Numbered from the stretch's first letter, positions 31,236 to 41,196 are shown. The stretch is DNA of 64,000 nt from an uncultured Chloroflexia bacterium (GCA_963785845.1 CAWAWP010000003.1:738862-802861), one strand, 5' to 3'. Numbers and translations: made by a program. Notes: generated from the letters alone by a model not told the origin.

Positions 31236-31721
31236 GCCCACCTGACACCGTGATCGTGCATGCCGAGCCAGAGGCTCGCGATCTGCGGCAATAAAGAGGG
31301 CGTCTCGTCGCCTGCCATACCGCGAGGAATAGCGGCGAGGCGTGTCTTGGAGCAGTATCCGCGCTGGGGTCAGGCGCAAGGCCCTCGTGCCCAATGTACC
31401 GCTGATCCCTTCCGCTTCACCTTGCACCCGCCGCGCACTCGCGGGACAATTGACGTTTCCCTACGACACATGCTTCCTCCATCCGGAGAGATGCGCGCGG
31501 CTGACAGAACTGTGGTCGGATTGTGAGTAACAGGCCCGTCTTCATAGGTGTTTGTGAGCTTGATCGTGAAGGATATCCTGCAGCCAGCCTAGACTGGGAA
31601 TGAGGCGGAGAAGGAGACCGGACATCACTTTGTCCGGCATTCGACCAGATATACAGGACTCCAGTGCCAGCAAGCCTGAATTGGCCAGAAACCGACCCTC
31701 AAGGCGAGGAGAGCACCCACC

Positions 31722-32126
31722 ATGCATGCGACGCCATATCGGATTGCGGTTGCCTCGTCTTCACCGTCGCTCGTCAAATTCATGGTCTTGGCGCTGCGCG
31801 TCGCCGGCTACGTCTCCTATGCCGTCGCCCCGTCGGCAGATGACGGCATGCTCACCTCGCTTCTGGGCATGGCGCCCGATGCCCTTGTCATCGAGGCGAG
31901 CGCAGATCCATCCAGCGGAGTCGCGTTGTGCGCCCGAACCCGCGCCGCCAGCCCCATGCCGATTGCCCTCGCGCTGTGGCGCAACGATGACGGCAAACAA
32001 CAACAGGAGGCGCTGAAAGCTGGCGCCACTACCTGCCTCTTGCTACCACTCGGGGCAAACGAATTGGTCGAGAGCATCCAGCGGATGCTGCCGCGCTCAC
32101 CCGATCCAGAAGAGCCACCCGTTTAG
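31722..32126 (+). CDS. Degenerate receiver-like (pseudo-receiver) domain protein
   Basis: REC-like alternation (RIAVASSS.., PDALVIEASADP, IALALW, ALKAGATTCLLLP). However, the acidic pair is SSS, the phospho-acceptor position is Glu and the Lys position is Leu. Confidence 0.5.
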   Translation: MHATPYRIAVASSSPSLVKFMVLALRVAGYVSYAVAPSADDGMLTSLLGMAPDALVIEASADPSSGVALCARTRAASPMPIALALWRNDDGKQQQEALKAGATTCLLLPLGANELVESIQRMLPRSPDPEEPPV

Positions 32127-32167
32127 AACCGTCCCGTCCGTGCTGACCCTTTACGGTAGGCAGCACT

Positions 32168-32650
32168 TTGACTGCCACGAGAGTGGATTATGGCGAATGG
32201 TGGTCAGTCAACACCGACGCCGGAACACCGGGCAAATGTGGTGCACTATGGACGCGCGAGCCCGTCCACATCGGCACTCGCTCGGCGGTGATCCGCTGGG
32301 TCGACGCCCTCGTGGCGATCCCCGATCTGCTCGCCGAGATCGCCCCGTGGATGGAGCTCAAGAACGTGGGCAAGGGCTACCTCGGCTGGTGCCCCTTCCA
32401 CGACGACCGCGCACCCGACGAGCAAGGCAGGCCCGGCACGCCGTCCTTCTACGCCGTGCGCGACCGGCGCTACGGCTAGAGCTGGCGCTGCTACTCCACC
32501 AACTGCGCCCACTCGGGCGGGTTGCTGCGCCACAGCTTCCGCTTGCTGCAGGACCTGCTTGACCTGACCGTCTCCCAGGCAATCCGTGAGACGTGCGCGC
32601 GGTGGCCCGACGTGACGGGAGGCCGGGATGGGCAGGACCGCCGAGGTTGA
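32168..32650 (+). pseudogene. CHC2-type zinc-finger (primase-like) protein with an in-frame TAG at 32477-32479
   Basis: GWCPFHDDRAPDEQGRPGTPSFYAV..RRYG * SWRCYSTNCAHSGG. The stop splits the CxH..C..C finger and the frame stays open to 32650. Confidence 0.6.
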
Positions 32651-32651
32651 G

Positions 32652-33143
32652 TTAGGCCGTCGGCGTATGGCGCCAGGTGTAGGCGAGGCCGATCAGGCTG
32701 GCCAGCACGAGGACGGCGTATTTGGTCACCCACTCCCACAACCAACCACAGCCGGTCCCCAAGACGGCGCCCACCGCCTGGTGCGAGGCCGCCGACGTGG
32801 CCCCCAAGGTCCCGACGAGGCCCGCACCGGCCGCCACTCCCAGGGCTGCTACCCACGCCCACTGCCGGCCGCGCAGCGCCCTGACCAGCGAGGAGGCGAC
32901 CAGGCCGCCCGCCGGAAGCCAGATGAAGACGAGCCCGATGAAGCTCCAGGCGACGGGGCCGAGCCATTGCAGCCCGCCGACGCAGCTCGCGTTGTTGGCG
33001 CGGTAGGTGTTGGCGGCCGCCCCCAGTCCGACGAGGGCGAGGATCGTCGTCGCGATGCCCAGCGTGCGCGCGGCGATTGCGCGTCGCGGCGAACGCGGTG
33101 CGGTGGGCTCTCTCGGGGATTGTGCGGTCTCGTGGCCATCCAT
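32652..33143 (-). CDS. Hypothetical membrane protein (4 predicted TM segments)
   Basis: 163-aa ORF with alternating hydrophobic stretches (TLGIATTILALVGLGAAA, VAWSFIGLVFIWLPAGGLV, WAWVAALGVAAGAGLVG, YAVLVLASLIGLAY). Confidence 0.55.
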   Translation of the reverse strand: MDGHETAQSPREPTAPRSPRRAIAARTLGIATTILALVGLGAAANTYRANNASCVGGLQWLGPVAWSFIGLVFIWLPAGGLVASSLVRALRGRQWAWVAALGVAAGAGLVGTLGATSAASHQAVGAVLGTGCGWLWEWVTKYAVLVLASLIGLAYTWRHTPTA

Positions 33144-33332
33144 CGGCCGCTCCTGCCTACTGGTCCGGGAGCGCGCCTCGTCCGCGGTGCTGTGCGCGGC
33201 CCACCCGCTACAGCAGTCCTACGTCGGCCCGCTCGCCGTGCTCACACCACACCCCGAGGCGAGCCCGTGACGAGATATGCCCCAAGCCATGTGAAGAGGA
33301 GCGAGTCGCGATAACCAAGTTATATTTAGTCG

Positions 33333-33791
33333 ATGAGTCGGCGGGCATCCTGGACGAGGTGCAGGCGTGGCTGCTTGGCCAAGGCGGACAACGAGGGCTG
33401 GGTCTACACGATGGTGCTGCGCCAGCTCGTCAACCGCATGTACCGCGACCGCGACTACCAGGCCAAGCGCGTCAAGCAGGGACGGCACACCGCCTACGAC
33501 TACGCCCTCGACCGCGACCAGAAGGCCTTGGCCTGGGCCATCCGCGCGTTGGTCCAGTTCGTCCCCAGCGACGAGAAGGAGAAGCCCGAACCGCCGAAGA
33601 AGCCGCGGAAACCATCGCGCAAGCTCTCGCCGGCGCAGAAGACCGTCTACAAGGGCAAGCCCAGCTGGAACCACCAGCCCAAGCGCGACTGGGACGGCCC
33701 CGACCTGCCGGCGTTGCCCTCGGGCGATCTCCCGCCGCCAGACCCTCCGGCGTCTCGCGACGCTTCCCGACCGACAACCCCTGATCCCTGA
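33333..33791 (+). CDS. Hypothetical protein with a Lys/Pro-rich C-terminus
   Basis: 152-aa ORF after an AT-rich patch (TTATATTTAG). Core VYTMVLRQLVNRMYRDRDYQAKRVKQGRHTAYDYALDRDQKALAWAIRALVQF. The N-terminal 17 aa may belong to another frame (..LVDESAGILDEVQAWLLGQ). Confidence 0.45.
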   Translation: MSRRASWTRCRRGCLAKADNEGWVYTMVLRQLVNRMYRDRDYQAKRVKQGRHTAYDYALDRDQKALAWAIRALVQFVPSDEKEKPEPPKKPRKPSRKLSPAQKTVYKGKPSWNHQPKRDWDGPDLPALPSGDLPPPDPPASRDASRPTTPDP

Positions 33792-33801
33792 GCCCCGATC
33801 C

Positions 33802-34338
33802 CTAGCCCCTGGGCGGCATGTGGGTAGCCGACGGGACCTCGGGCAGCAGCCAAGCGTAGATTGCCGCCACCGGCGCGGCGAGGTAAAGGAGGAGGACTTT
33901 GACGCCCTCGCCCCACGGCTCGTGGGTCGGCACCCATCCGTGCGGCCCCGCGAGCAGGCCGCCCTGCTGGTCGGTGAGGACGTGTCCCAGCGCCAGCGCG
34001 AGCACCAGGCTAGCGAGGGAAGCGCCCAGGAACGCATAGCGGCCGCCTCGCGCCGCGGCGTACAGGAGCATGCCCCAGACGGCGGCGGCCAGCATCTCCG
34101 CCATGAAGAGCCCGAGGAAAGCGAAGAGCGCCAACAGGAAAAGCGAGGCGAGTGTCATGAGGCCCGACGCCTCCAGCGCCACCGACGTCAGGAGCGCCAC
34201 GAGCAGGACCGCGAGAGACCCAACCGCGAGGCCCCGCGCTATACGACGCGAGTCGGCTTGGGCGGCGACGAGCTGCGCCGCCATGACGAGGCCGATCACG
34301 ACGGCCACCACACTCCACAATTCCACGGAGAAGGGCAT
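33802..34338 (-). CDS. Hypothetical multi-pass membrane protein
   Basis: ORF 33802-34386(-). Start set at MPFSVELW (34338). It is almost entirely hydrophobic. Confidence 0.5.
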   Translation of the reverse strand: MPFSVELWSVVAVVIGLVMAAQLVAAQADSRRIARGLAVGSLAVLLVALLTSVALEASGLMTLASLFLLALFAFLGLFMAEMLAAAVWGMLLYAAARGGRYAFLGASLASLVLALALGHVLTDQQGGLLAGPHGWVPTHEPWGEGVKVLLLYLAAPVAAIYAWLLPEVPSATHMPPRG

Positions 34339-34395
34339 GCGCCTACCTCCAGCTCCGCCAAGGGCGACGAGGGCCGACCGGCTCACGCACCCAGT

Positions 34396-35169
34396 CTAAC
34401 ATCGGTCGCTGGGCATGGGTAGGGGGACGACGAGACTGCGAGACAGCATGATCTGCCACCACGTCCGTTCATGCGGCTCCCTCGCCGCGCAAGACTCGGT
34501 AGCACCAACCCAAGCACGACTGGGACGGCCTCGACCTCGCTCCGGCACCTGATCCGTCATCTCCTGCAGCTCCTGCAGCGCCCGCGTCCCCACCTGCTCC
34601 ACCGGCCTCAGTGCTCGGCTGGGACCTCGGCGAGCTCGCCGGGCGCTTTCGACCCGCCGGGGGTGGTAGCGAAGCCAGCCGCCGAGGCCGACGAGCAGGC
34701 AACCGAGCACGCTGACGAAGCCGCCCGGGGCCAGCGCGGTCTCGTCGACGGGGCTGTGCAGGCCTTGGGCGAAGCTCAGCAGGGGGTACAGGGTCCCAGC
34801 CAGGAGCAGCCCCGTCAGGACGAGCGCGGGGACGGCGCTGCGGCGGTCGGCGGGCAGGCGTTCCTGCAACGCCACCTTGAGGATGGCGACGACGAACGCC
34901 AGCACGGCCAGCAGCGAGTAGGGGAGCAAGGCGAAGATGGGGAACACCCAGGGCAACAGCGGGAAGGCGTGGTCCGTGAGCGGGACATACGCGATGGGGG
35001 CCGAGCCGGGGCCACAGCGGGCCGTGCAGGTGAAGGTCTCCCAGGGCAGCGCGAGGCCGAGGACGACCAGGCCGAAGCCACCGAGGACGACCCCAAGGCC
35101 GACGCGCCGACGACGCTGCGCCTCGTTCGTCTCGCTCGCTCTCGCTGCCGGCTCGGACGGCGTGCTCAT
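34396..35169 (-). CDS. Hypothetical membrane protein
   Basis: 257-aa ORF with a charged N-terminus, four TM-like segments and a basic C-terminal tail. Confidence 0.5.
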   Translation of the reverse strand: MSTPSEPAARASETNEAQRRRRVGLGVVLGGFGLVVLGLALPWETFTCTARCGPGSAPIAYVPLTDHAFPLLPWVFPIFALLPYSLLAVLAFVVAILKVALQERLPADRRSAVPALVLTGLLLAGTLYPLLSFAQGLHSPVDETALAPGGFVSVLGCLLVGLGGWLRYHPRRVESARRARRGPSRALRPVEQVGTRALQELQEMTDQVPERGRGRPSRAWVGATESCAAREPHERTWWQIMLSRSLVVPLPMPSDRC

Positions 35170-35193
35170 GGTGCCTCCTTTGGCGCCTCCTCC

Positions 35194-35892
35194 CTAGGGA
35201 ATCGCGGGAGGTATGGGCTCTGGCCTCCCCGACGTGCTCAGCGGCAGCGCGCTCGCCGTGCTGGCTGGGAAGGCGAAGGCCACCACGACGGCCGCGATCG
35301 CCGCGCTGTTCTCCAGGGCGGTCGAGAGCAACCCGCCCGCACCGCCGAGCTGGAAGAGCGCGCCGCGCAGCGGGGCCAGCAGGGGCTCGCGCAAGGGCAG
35401 GCCGATGCCGATGAGCAGCGCGAGAGCGTAGACGAGTGCCAGGAGGACGAGGCGACGTCGGTCGCCCCCTGCACCTCCTCCCGCACCGCCCGCAGCGTCG
35501 GCGAGCAGCAGCACCCAAACCGCGGTGCCGAACGCACCGGCCACGACTGGGGCGGCGTAGGCCGCGAGGGTTACGAGGCTCCAGGGGGTGGTGTTCCACG
35601 CGATCGGCTGCGGGCCCCAGATCGCGACGGCCAGGATCGTGAGATCCACCAGCACGGCGAGCGCCGCCGCGAGGGCGATGAGTTGGGTCGCGCGCCGAGG
35701 GCTGCGACGGCCGAGGACGAGGAGCCAGGCCAGCAGTGGTGCAGACAGGGCGTAGAGCACGGGCATCCACTGGAGAGGGTCGATCACGGGCAGGCTCCTT
35801 CGCGCGACGAGGGACCACGGCCGCGCCAGGCGAGCGGCACCAGACCAGTCTAGCATGAACGAACCATCAGGCAAGTACACGCGAGCGCGCAA
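35194..35892 (-). CDS. Hypothetical membrane protein
   Basis: 232-aa ORF with several TM segments and a Gly-rich loop (AAGGAGGGAGGD). Start uncertain. Confidence 0.45.
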   Translation of the reverse strand: MRARVYLPDGSFMLDWSGAARLARPWSLVARRSLPVIDPLQWMPVLYALSAPLLAWLLVLGRRSPRRATQLIALAAALAVLVDLTILAVAIWGPQPIAWNTTPWSLVTLAAYAAPVVAGAFGTAVWVLLLADAAGGAGGGAGGDRRRLVLLALVYALALLIGIGLPLREPLLAPLRGALFQLGGAGGLLSTALENSAAIAAVVVAFAFPASTASALPLSTSGRPEPIPPAIP

Positions 35893-36046
35893 CGAGGTAC
35901 ATCACGAGTGACCTCGCCCCGACCTGCCAAGCTATGCCGAGATCGAAGGGTTCGAGCAGATTTGCCGCTGGCTGGATGCCCAGCCCAAACGCCGCGCACG
36001 TCTGCTTTTCGTCGGGCTGCGCGAGCAGCTGGGGGCCGAGAGCGAG

Positions 36047-36656
36047 GTGCCGGTCGCGCTGCTGCACCTGATGCGCAAGTTCCGCGTTGCCCGGCATACC
36101 TCCTCGTGCGAGGGGGCATTGTCTCCCACCTGGAAGGATTGGCTGCGGGACCTGTGGAACGGCATCGACCGCGAAGTCCGTGAGCAGGTCCCCGTCCAGC
36201 CTACCCCGTCCGATCCTTATGTGGTGGCGGCGGGCATCGACACATGGTACCTCAACCGCATCGACTTCGCCGACCTCCCCTCGACGCTGTTGCGCGAACT
36301 GGACGAACTGCAGCAGAAAGCCGCCGAGGACGAGGAGGAGGTGGATACGCGCTGGATCTACGACGGGGTGCCGCTCCAGATGTACCAGGCGGGGGTGAGC
36401 GCCAAGCAGGCCGGTCGGGTCTCCTGGGCCTTCATCCTCCGCAACAACTCCCTCGCCCTCCTTATTCGCAGAGCAGCGCCGCTCGGGGGCATCGTGGCCC
36501 AAGCCAGACTGGGATCGGAATGTCTCTGGCGTCTCACTCTCCAGAGCGCCGTGGACGAGGTGGACGCGCTGATCCGGCAGATGTGGGCGACTCCCATCCC
36601 GTTTCGCGGGAGGCACGCGAAGACGGGCAAGGCAGCACGCTGGCAGGTCTCGCAGA
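36047..36656 (+). pseudogene. Hypothetical protein (possibly a replication-initiator-like protein), 3'-truncated by an IS3 fragment
   Basis: The frame is open from about 35911. ..PYVVAAGIDTWYLNRIDFADLP.. and ..ARWQVSQI, after which the sequence switches to IS3 transposase homology at about 36657. The Rep-like call is only a weak impression. Confidence 0.35.
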
Positions 36657-36958
36657 TTCACCTCGCCGCTCTTCGGCGAGCGCTGCCAGGCTGTCGGCAT
36701 CCGCTGCTCCATGGGCTCGGTGGGTGATTGCTATGACAACGCGATGGCCGAGAGCTTCTTTGCTACCCTGGAGTGCGAACTGCTCGCCCGTCAGCCCTTC
36801 CGCACGCAACTCGAGGCCCGCACCGCGCTCTTCGAGTACATCGAAGTGTTCTACAACCGCCAGCGGCGGCATTCGTCGCTCGGCTACCTGTCGCTCGACG
36901 CCTATGAGAGGAGGTGGACTACCCAAACACCAGTCGTTGCCTAAAGAACAACTGTCTA
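36657..36958 (+). mobile_element. IS3-family fragment (last ~95 codons of the orfB transposase plus the right end)
   Basis: ..FTSPLFGERCQAVGIRCSMGSVGDCYDNAMAESFFATLECELL..FYNRQRRHSSLGY parallels the 45077-45913 copy. The terminal GCCTAAAGAACAACTGTCTA resembles the inverted left end of that copy. Confidence 0.75.
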
Positions 36959-37273
36959 CCGAACCGAGGTAACTTCAATGGCTCGACCCACACGTCTGGC
37001 GTTGCCACCAGGCGCAGGGTCTCGCCGCAGTACCCGAGCTGCCCACCGGCCTTCTTGCCCCTGCGCGTGCGCAGACTCTTCGTCTTCCGTTTAAGCCCGT
37101 CGCTGGATGGCGGCTTTGAGCTGTTGTGGCTGTCCTTCGCGCTGGGCCTCCAGCTCCTGCACACGTGCCAGCAGCAGCGCCACCCGCTCGCGCAATGCCG
37201 GTAGCTCGCTCACCTGCTCCCGCAGGGCAGCGTTCTCAGCTTCCAACTGGGCAATCCGGTCTTCTGCTGTCAT
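36959..37273 (-). mobile_element. IS66-family transposase N-terminal fragment
   Basis: MTAEDRIAQLEAENAALREQV..VQELEAQ, then after a frame change [32 protein letters not shown], the hallmark IS66 N-terminus. It is cut off by the IS3 fragment. Confidence 0.75.
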
Positions 37274-37358
37274 GCCTCTACACGCCATTCTCAAACGTTA
37301 GCGTTGCATCCGCGTGAGCAGAAAGACGCTGCCGCCGTGGGCCTATCGCCCCTTGAGC

Positions 37359-37958
37359 TTAGAGAGTGCCACTACTCATGCGGGTCAGTCGATGAAGGAG
37401 AAGACTCGTGTGGCTCTCGGGTTCGTATTCCGCTGTGGCAAATGCGTACCTGCCGGGCGGAAGTGGAATCATCAGGTGGCCATCGCCTTCTAGCTCGCTG
37501 CCAGGGCACGCGGCGTCCAGCAGGTACAACGGCTCGTGACCAACGCTAAGCACTAAGCCCTCGTCCTGCCACGCGGTCTGCGGCACGTGCGCGCGCGCAG
37601 CGATGATATCGGCTTCGTGGTCAGCGTACACCCAGCGAATCAAAAGGCCGCCCGTGTCGTCTCCGCCATCCCCCGCGGCCGCGGTTGGCTGCCAGGCGGT
37701 GTCAAGTGGCTCGCCCCCGAGGACCATGCCGTAGCCGTCACCGATGTTGAGCAGACCCAGCCATCCCATGACGTCGCACGCACGGTCGTAATCGGTGGCC
37801 GGTTCATCCGGGCCATTGAAGCGAAACTGCGCTTCGATGCGACGTCCATCGGCAGGAGGCTCAACGCCGCCCCACGACGGCAGATGCTCGCCCGGCACCA
37901 GGAGCAGAGGTCCCCCATTGCTCCCCACCCAGTTCAACTCAGGCCCATTGCGCAGCAT
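37359..37958 (-). CDS. Imm21-family immunity protein (orphan)
   Basis: Only the last 199 aa of track ORF 37359-38576 are real. NWVGSNGGPLLLVP..SWGG..DYDRACDV..MVLGGEPLDTAW..LIRWVYADHEAD..LLDAACPG..LPPGRYAF..LLLHRL matches my recollection of Imm21. There is a paralog at 46860-47462. Confidence 0.7.
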   Translation of the reverse strand: MLRNGPELNWVGSNGGPLLLVPGEHLPSWGGVEPPADGRRIEAQFRFNGPDEPATDYDRACDVMGWLGLLNIGDGYGMVLGGEPLDTAWQPTAAAGDGGDDTGGLLIRWVYADHEADIIAARAHVPQTAWQDEGLVLSVGHEPLYLLDAACPGSELEGDGHLMIPLPPGRYAFATAEYEPESHTSLLLHRLTRMSSGTL

Positions 37959-38078
37959 CGCTGGCCCTCCGCGCCGCATTTGTGGTTTTGGATGTGCTTC
38001 TAGGCTACACTTGCTGCGCAAGTCCGTCTGACCTGCTACCGTTGCGCTCAGGAATACCGATGTGTGAAGGAGTCTGCG

Positions 38079-39013
38079 ATGAAATCCTCTTCCGTCGGCG
38101 CGCGAACATGGCTGCGCTGGATGCTGGGCCTTGCGCTGGCTGTTACGGGCGGCGGCTTCGCGTTCGTCGCGACGACGACTCAGACGGCGTACGCTAGCTG
38201 CGACGGTGACCAGCAGCTCAATGTCACGGCGACCGCCAGCAACACGTCGGGCTACATCACCACCATCGATAACCTGGAAATCAACGGCATGCCAGATGCC
38301 GTGCCCATTGTGAGTCAACTCTGGCCCAGACAGTACGATGCCCATCCGCTCGGCGTCTGGTACAACCCGTTTTCCGCCGAGTGGACGATCTTCAACGAAG
38401 ACCTCGCCGCCATGCCGCTGGGGACCAGTTTCACCGTCGGACGCGGCTGCATCGGAAGCAGCAGCAGAACGCTCACCCGCTTCACCGCCACGTCGAGCAA
38501 CGTCGTGAGCGACTCCATGTTCATCAACGATCCCACTACCAACGGCAACCCGAACGCCATCGTCTACGCGACCCAAGACTGGACTGGTACCTATAACTAA
38601 CGCTTACTAACGCGCATGAGATCGGCGTCTATTACGACATCAGCCACGGCGAGTGGGCAGTCTACAATCTTGACCTGTCGGCCATGCCGGTCGGTGCCAC
38701 CTTCGACGTCTGGGCCGGCAGCAAAGTTACCTCGCCGAGCACCCTCAGCGTCGCGGCCAATGCCGGCAACGTCATCGGCGGCTACATGGTCTACCTCAAC
38801 GATGCGCGTTTCAACAATCAGCCAGCGCTTGCGCCAGCTGTGAGCCAGGTCTATTACGAGGGACCGTGCACCAAGTTGGGCTGCCCTGGCGTGATCAACA
38901 ATCACCCTGTTGGTGTGTGGTACGACGCCAGTGCGGGCCGCTGGGTGATCCACAACGTGGATCGCGCGAACATGCCCACGGGCGCGCACTTCTTCATCAG
39001 CGCTCAGGTTTAG
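38079..39013 (+). pseudogene. Secreted protein with three copies of an uncharacterised ~100-aa repeat, interrupted at 38598-38620
   Basis: AAGGAG then ATG 38079 and a signal peptide (..AFVATTTQTAYA). Repeats are marked by HPLGVWYNPFSAEWTIFNEDLAAMPLGTSF, HEIGVYYDISHGEWAVYNLDLSAMPVGATF and HPVGVWYDASAGRWVIHNVDRANMPTGAHF. Stops fall in an ACTAACGC(TT)ACTAACGC duplication. Confidence 0.55.
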
Positions 39014-39599
39014 CAACGGCGACTCAGCAGCATACCGGTTGCGACATCCTCGCTGGTAGTGGCTTAAATCGCATCGGTGTTGGTGAAGGCGCGAGTATTC
39101 GCCTTCACCATGCCGCCATAGTGGTTTTCTTCACCTCTGCACTAAGCGGTACGTAGCTCCACGCTTCGATGCGGCGAGCTGGTCCGCGAGCGGTGGTGCC
39201 AGTTCGGGCTCCCCCTGCCCATCGCCGAGAAGGTGCTTCCTCTCCGCCCGTCACAATTCGGCGAGCGCAGTCCTGCCCCTGGACCGCAGATGGAGGTCAG
39301 AGCCATCGGGGATGGTCGAGGCACAGATGCGGGTGACCGAGACGTGCGGTCGCCTGGCCGTGGGCGATGCGGCGTCGCGACCGCGCAAGGAGTTGGACCG
39401 GTTGGAAGCCGCCCATCATGTGGAGTTGGCGATGCACCGAGCGGCCGTAAGCGCCACTGGGTCGAGTCGAGGCACCGTAGGTGCCCTGGGTCTCCCTGGG
39501 CGAGAGCCGCGATGTGCGTGATAGACTGCGTGGCAGCCCAGGGGCAAAACACCTTGCCAGTAGTGTCATCGGTCGCGCCGACCCATCACCGAGGTTGAC

Positions 39600-40128
39600 A
39601 TGCTAGACGAGTCGAGCTCGGGTACGAGCAGGATGTACGATGAGGACAGCTTCCGTACGAGTGAGGCGCCCACGCAGACAATCAAACAGTCCGAACCGGA
39701 AGACGAATGGGCCGATGGGAGCGACACGCTCATCAGTATCGTGCAGGCGTTCCTGGGCGCCTTCTCCGCGCTCGACTGGGACCCATTTCGTCGCTGTTTC
39801 GCCGACGACGCCACGGTCTTCTTTCCCTTGGTCGACCGTCCGGAGCGGGCCGAAGGGCGAGAACAGAATCGAGCGTCTGTTCAGCGACGTGTTCGAGCGC
39901 GCTCGCGCTAGCGCGGTGAGCGGACCACCCTATCTGGCATTGCAGCCTCAGGGGCTGTACGTCCGCCACGTGGGTGAGACAGCGCTGGTCACCTTCCATC
40001 TGCGCGACCCCGGGGTTCTCTGCCGCCGTACGCTCGTCTTACAGCGACTGCCGGAGGGTTGGAAGATTGTTCACCTCCACGCCTCGAACCTACCCGTTCC
40101 CGATGGGCATGGCCTGCCCCCCGGTTGA
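39600..40128 (+). CDS. SnoaL/DUF4440-like (NTF2-fold) protein with an apparent frameshift at the G3 run 39855-39857
   Basis: ORF 39600-39911 (..IVQAFLGAFSALDWDPFRRCFADDATVFFP) continues in ORF 39640-40128 (NRIERLFSDVF..ALVTFHL..VLQRLPEGWKIVHLHASN). Removing one G joins them. Confidence 0.6.
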
Positions 40129-40327
40129 CCTCGGGCGTGGGCTACTCCGATGGCGCAGGCGCGGCAGCGCGCGAACGAAAGGCACATGCCAGGGCTCGAT
40201 GCTTCGCTAACGATGGGATTGCTATACTGGCGGCACAAGGGGCGATCAGGTTGGCTCAGCTCGGGATTCGCCTCTCGCGTGGGCCCAGTCTGGTGCCGTC
40301 TGGTCGCGAGGCAGAGGGAGGATCACC

Positions 40328-40954
40328 GTGACCATTAGGCCGCTCGCAACGCCGGCCGACCCGCGTCGCACCGCCGTCCTGGTCGTAGATGTCCAGCCGC
40401 TCTTCGTCGAGACCGCCGAGCCGTCGGCGGATGAGGCGCTGCTGGCCCTTACGCGGTTTCTCTTCGCGGCGCACGAGGCGAACGTGCTGCGCGTCTTCAT
40501 CCGTTTCATGCAGGCAGATACCCCCACAGACCGGTGGGCGTCCCTGTGGCGAGAACAGTTCGGGGACGAGTTCATAGACCGGGCAGCGCCCGATTCGCCT
40601 GCGGTCGCGTATTCTCCCGGATTCGAGCCCGAGGTCGGCGACCTGGCTATCACCAAGGACCGCTACAGCGCTTTCCGAGGGACCGATCTGGCGGACCAAC
40701 TTCGCCGTCGGGACATCGAGACGGTGATCGTCACCGGCCTCACGACGGACGTCTGCGTCAGCAGCACCGCGCGCGACGCTTTCCAACTCGACTTCAATAC
40801 GATCACGCTGTCGGACTGCTGCGCCGCCGACGAGCGCGCAAGGCACGAGGCTGCCCTTGTGACGCTTGGGAAAGTGTTCGGCCAAGTCTGCACTTCTGAC
40901 GAGATCATTGCGGCATGGCAATCGCGGCAAAGCGAAGCGGCGAGCGCATGTTGA
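40328..40954 (+). CDS. Isochorismatase-family cysteine hydrolase
   Basis: TAVLVVDVQPLF, ITKDRYSAFRGTDL, VIVTGLTTDVCVSSTARDA (catalytic Cys). GTG start. Confidence 0.85.
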   Translation: MTIRPLATPADPRRTAVLVVDVQPLFVETAEPSADEALLALTRFLFAAHEANVLRVFIRFMQADTPTDRWASLWREQFGDEFIDRAAPDSPAVAYSPGFEPEVGDLAITKDRYSAFRGTDLADQLRRRDIETVIVTGLTTDVCVSSTARDAFQLDFNTITLSDCCAADERARHEAALVTLGKVFGQVCTSDEIIAAWQSRQSEAASAC

Positions 40955-41196
40955 CGTTCGCCGGTAGATTGAGCTCATCCAAGCGTCGCTGCTCGCCGCC
41001 GTAGACCTGCGCCAAGAGGCTCGGCTTGACCAGTTGATACCGCCCGCACATAGACCTTCTCCTGGAACCCAAACGATTTATCACTCTCCAGTTCCATCAG
41101 GGCATATGGACGCCGATATGCCCGGCGATCGAACGAATGGGGTGGGTCCTAAGGCAGGGTCTTTTCATTATTCGTTACTGCTGGTAACCTGGCAGC

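Noticed and set aside
32477-32479. In-frame TAG codons (in the CHC2 gene, and at the vWA stop at 52485-52487 followed by an open frame) as possible amber read-through or pyrrolysine recoding.
   Set aside because: TAG is used as an ordinary terminator by other genes here (for example tnpB and the HAD hydrolase). No pyl genes or recoding signals are visible. A nonsense mutation in a decaying island is the simpler explanation.
37959-38576. The upper 206 codons of the 405-aa ORF 37359-38576(-).
   Set aside because: This part is antisense to the signal-peptide-bearing repeat protein and has artefact-like composition. Only the Imm21-like C-terminal 199 aa have homology, to the paralog at 46860.
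39142-39552. ORFs in the 39.0-39.6 kb gap, including a faint TYGA.. similarity to IS3 orfB.
   Set aside because: The match is only a tetrapeptide and no frame gives extended transposase similarity. The composition looks non-coding.
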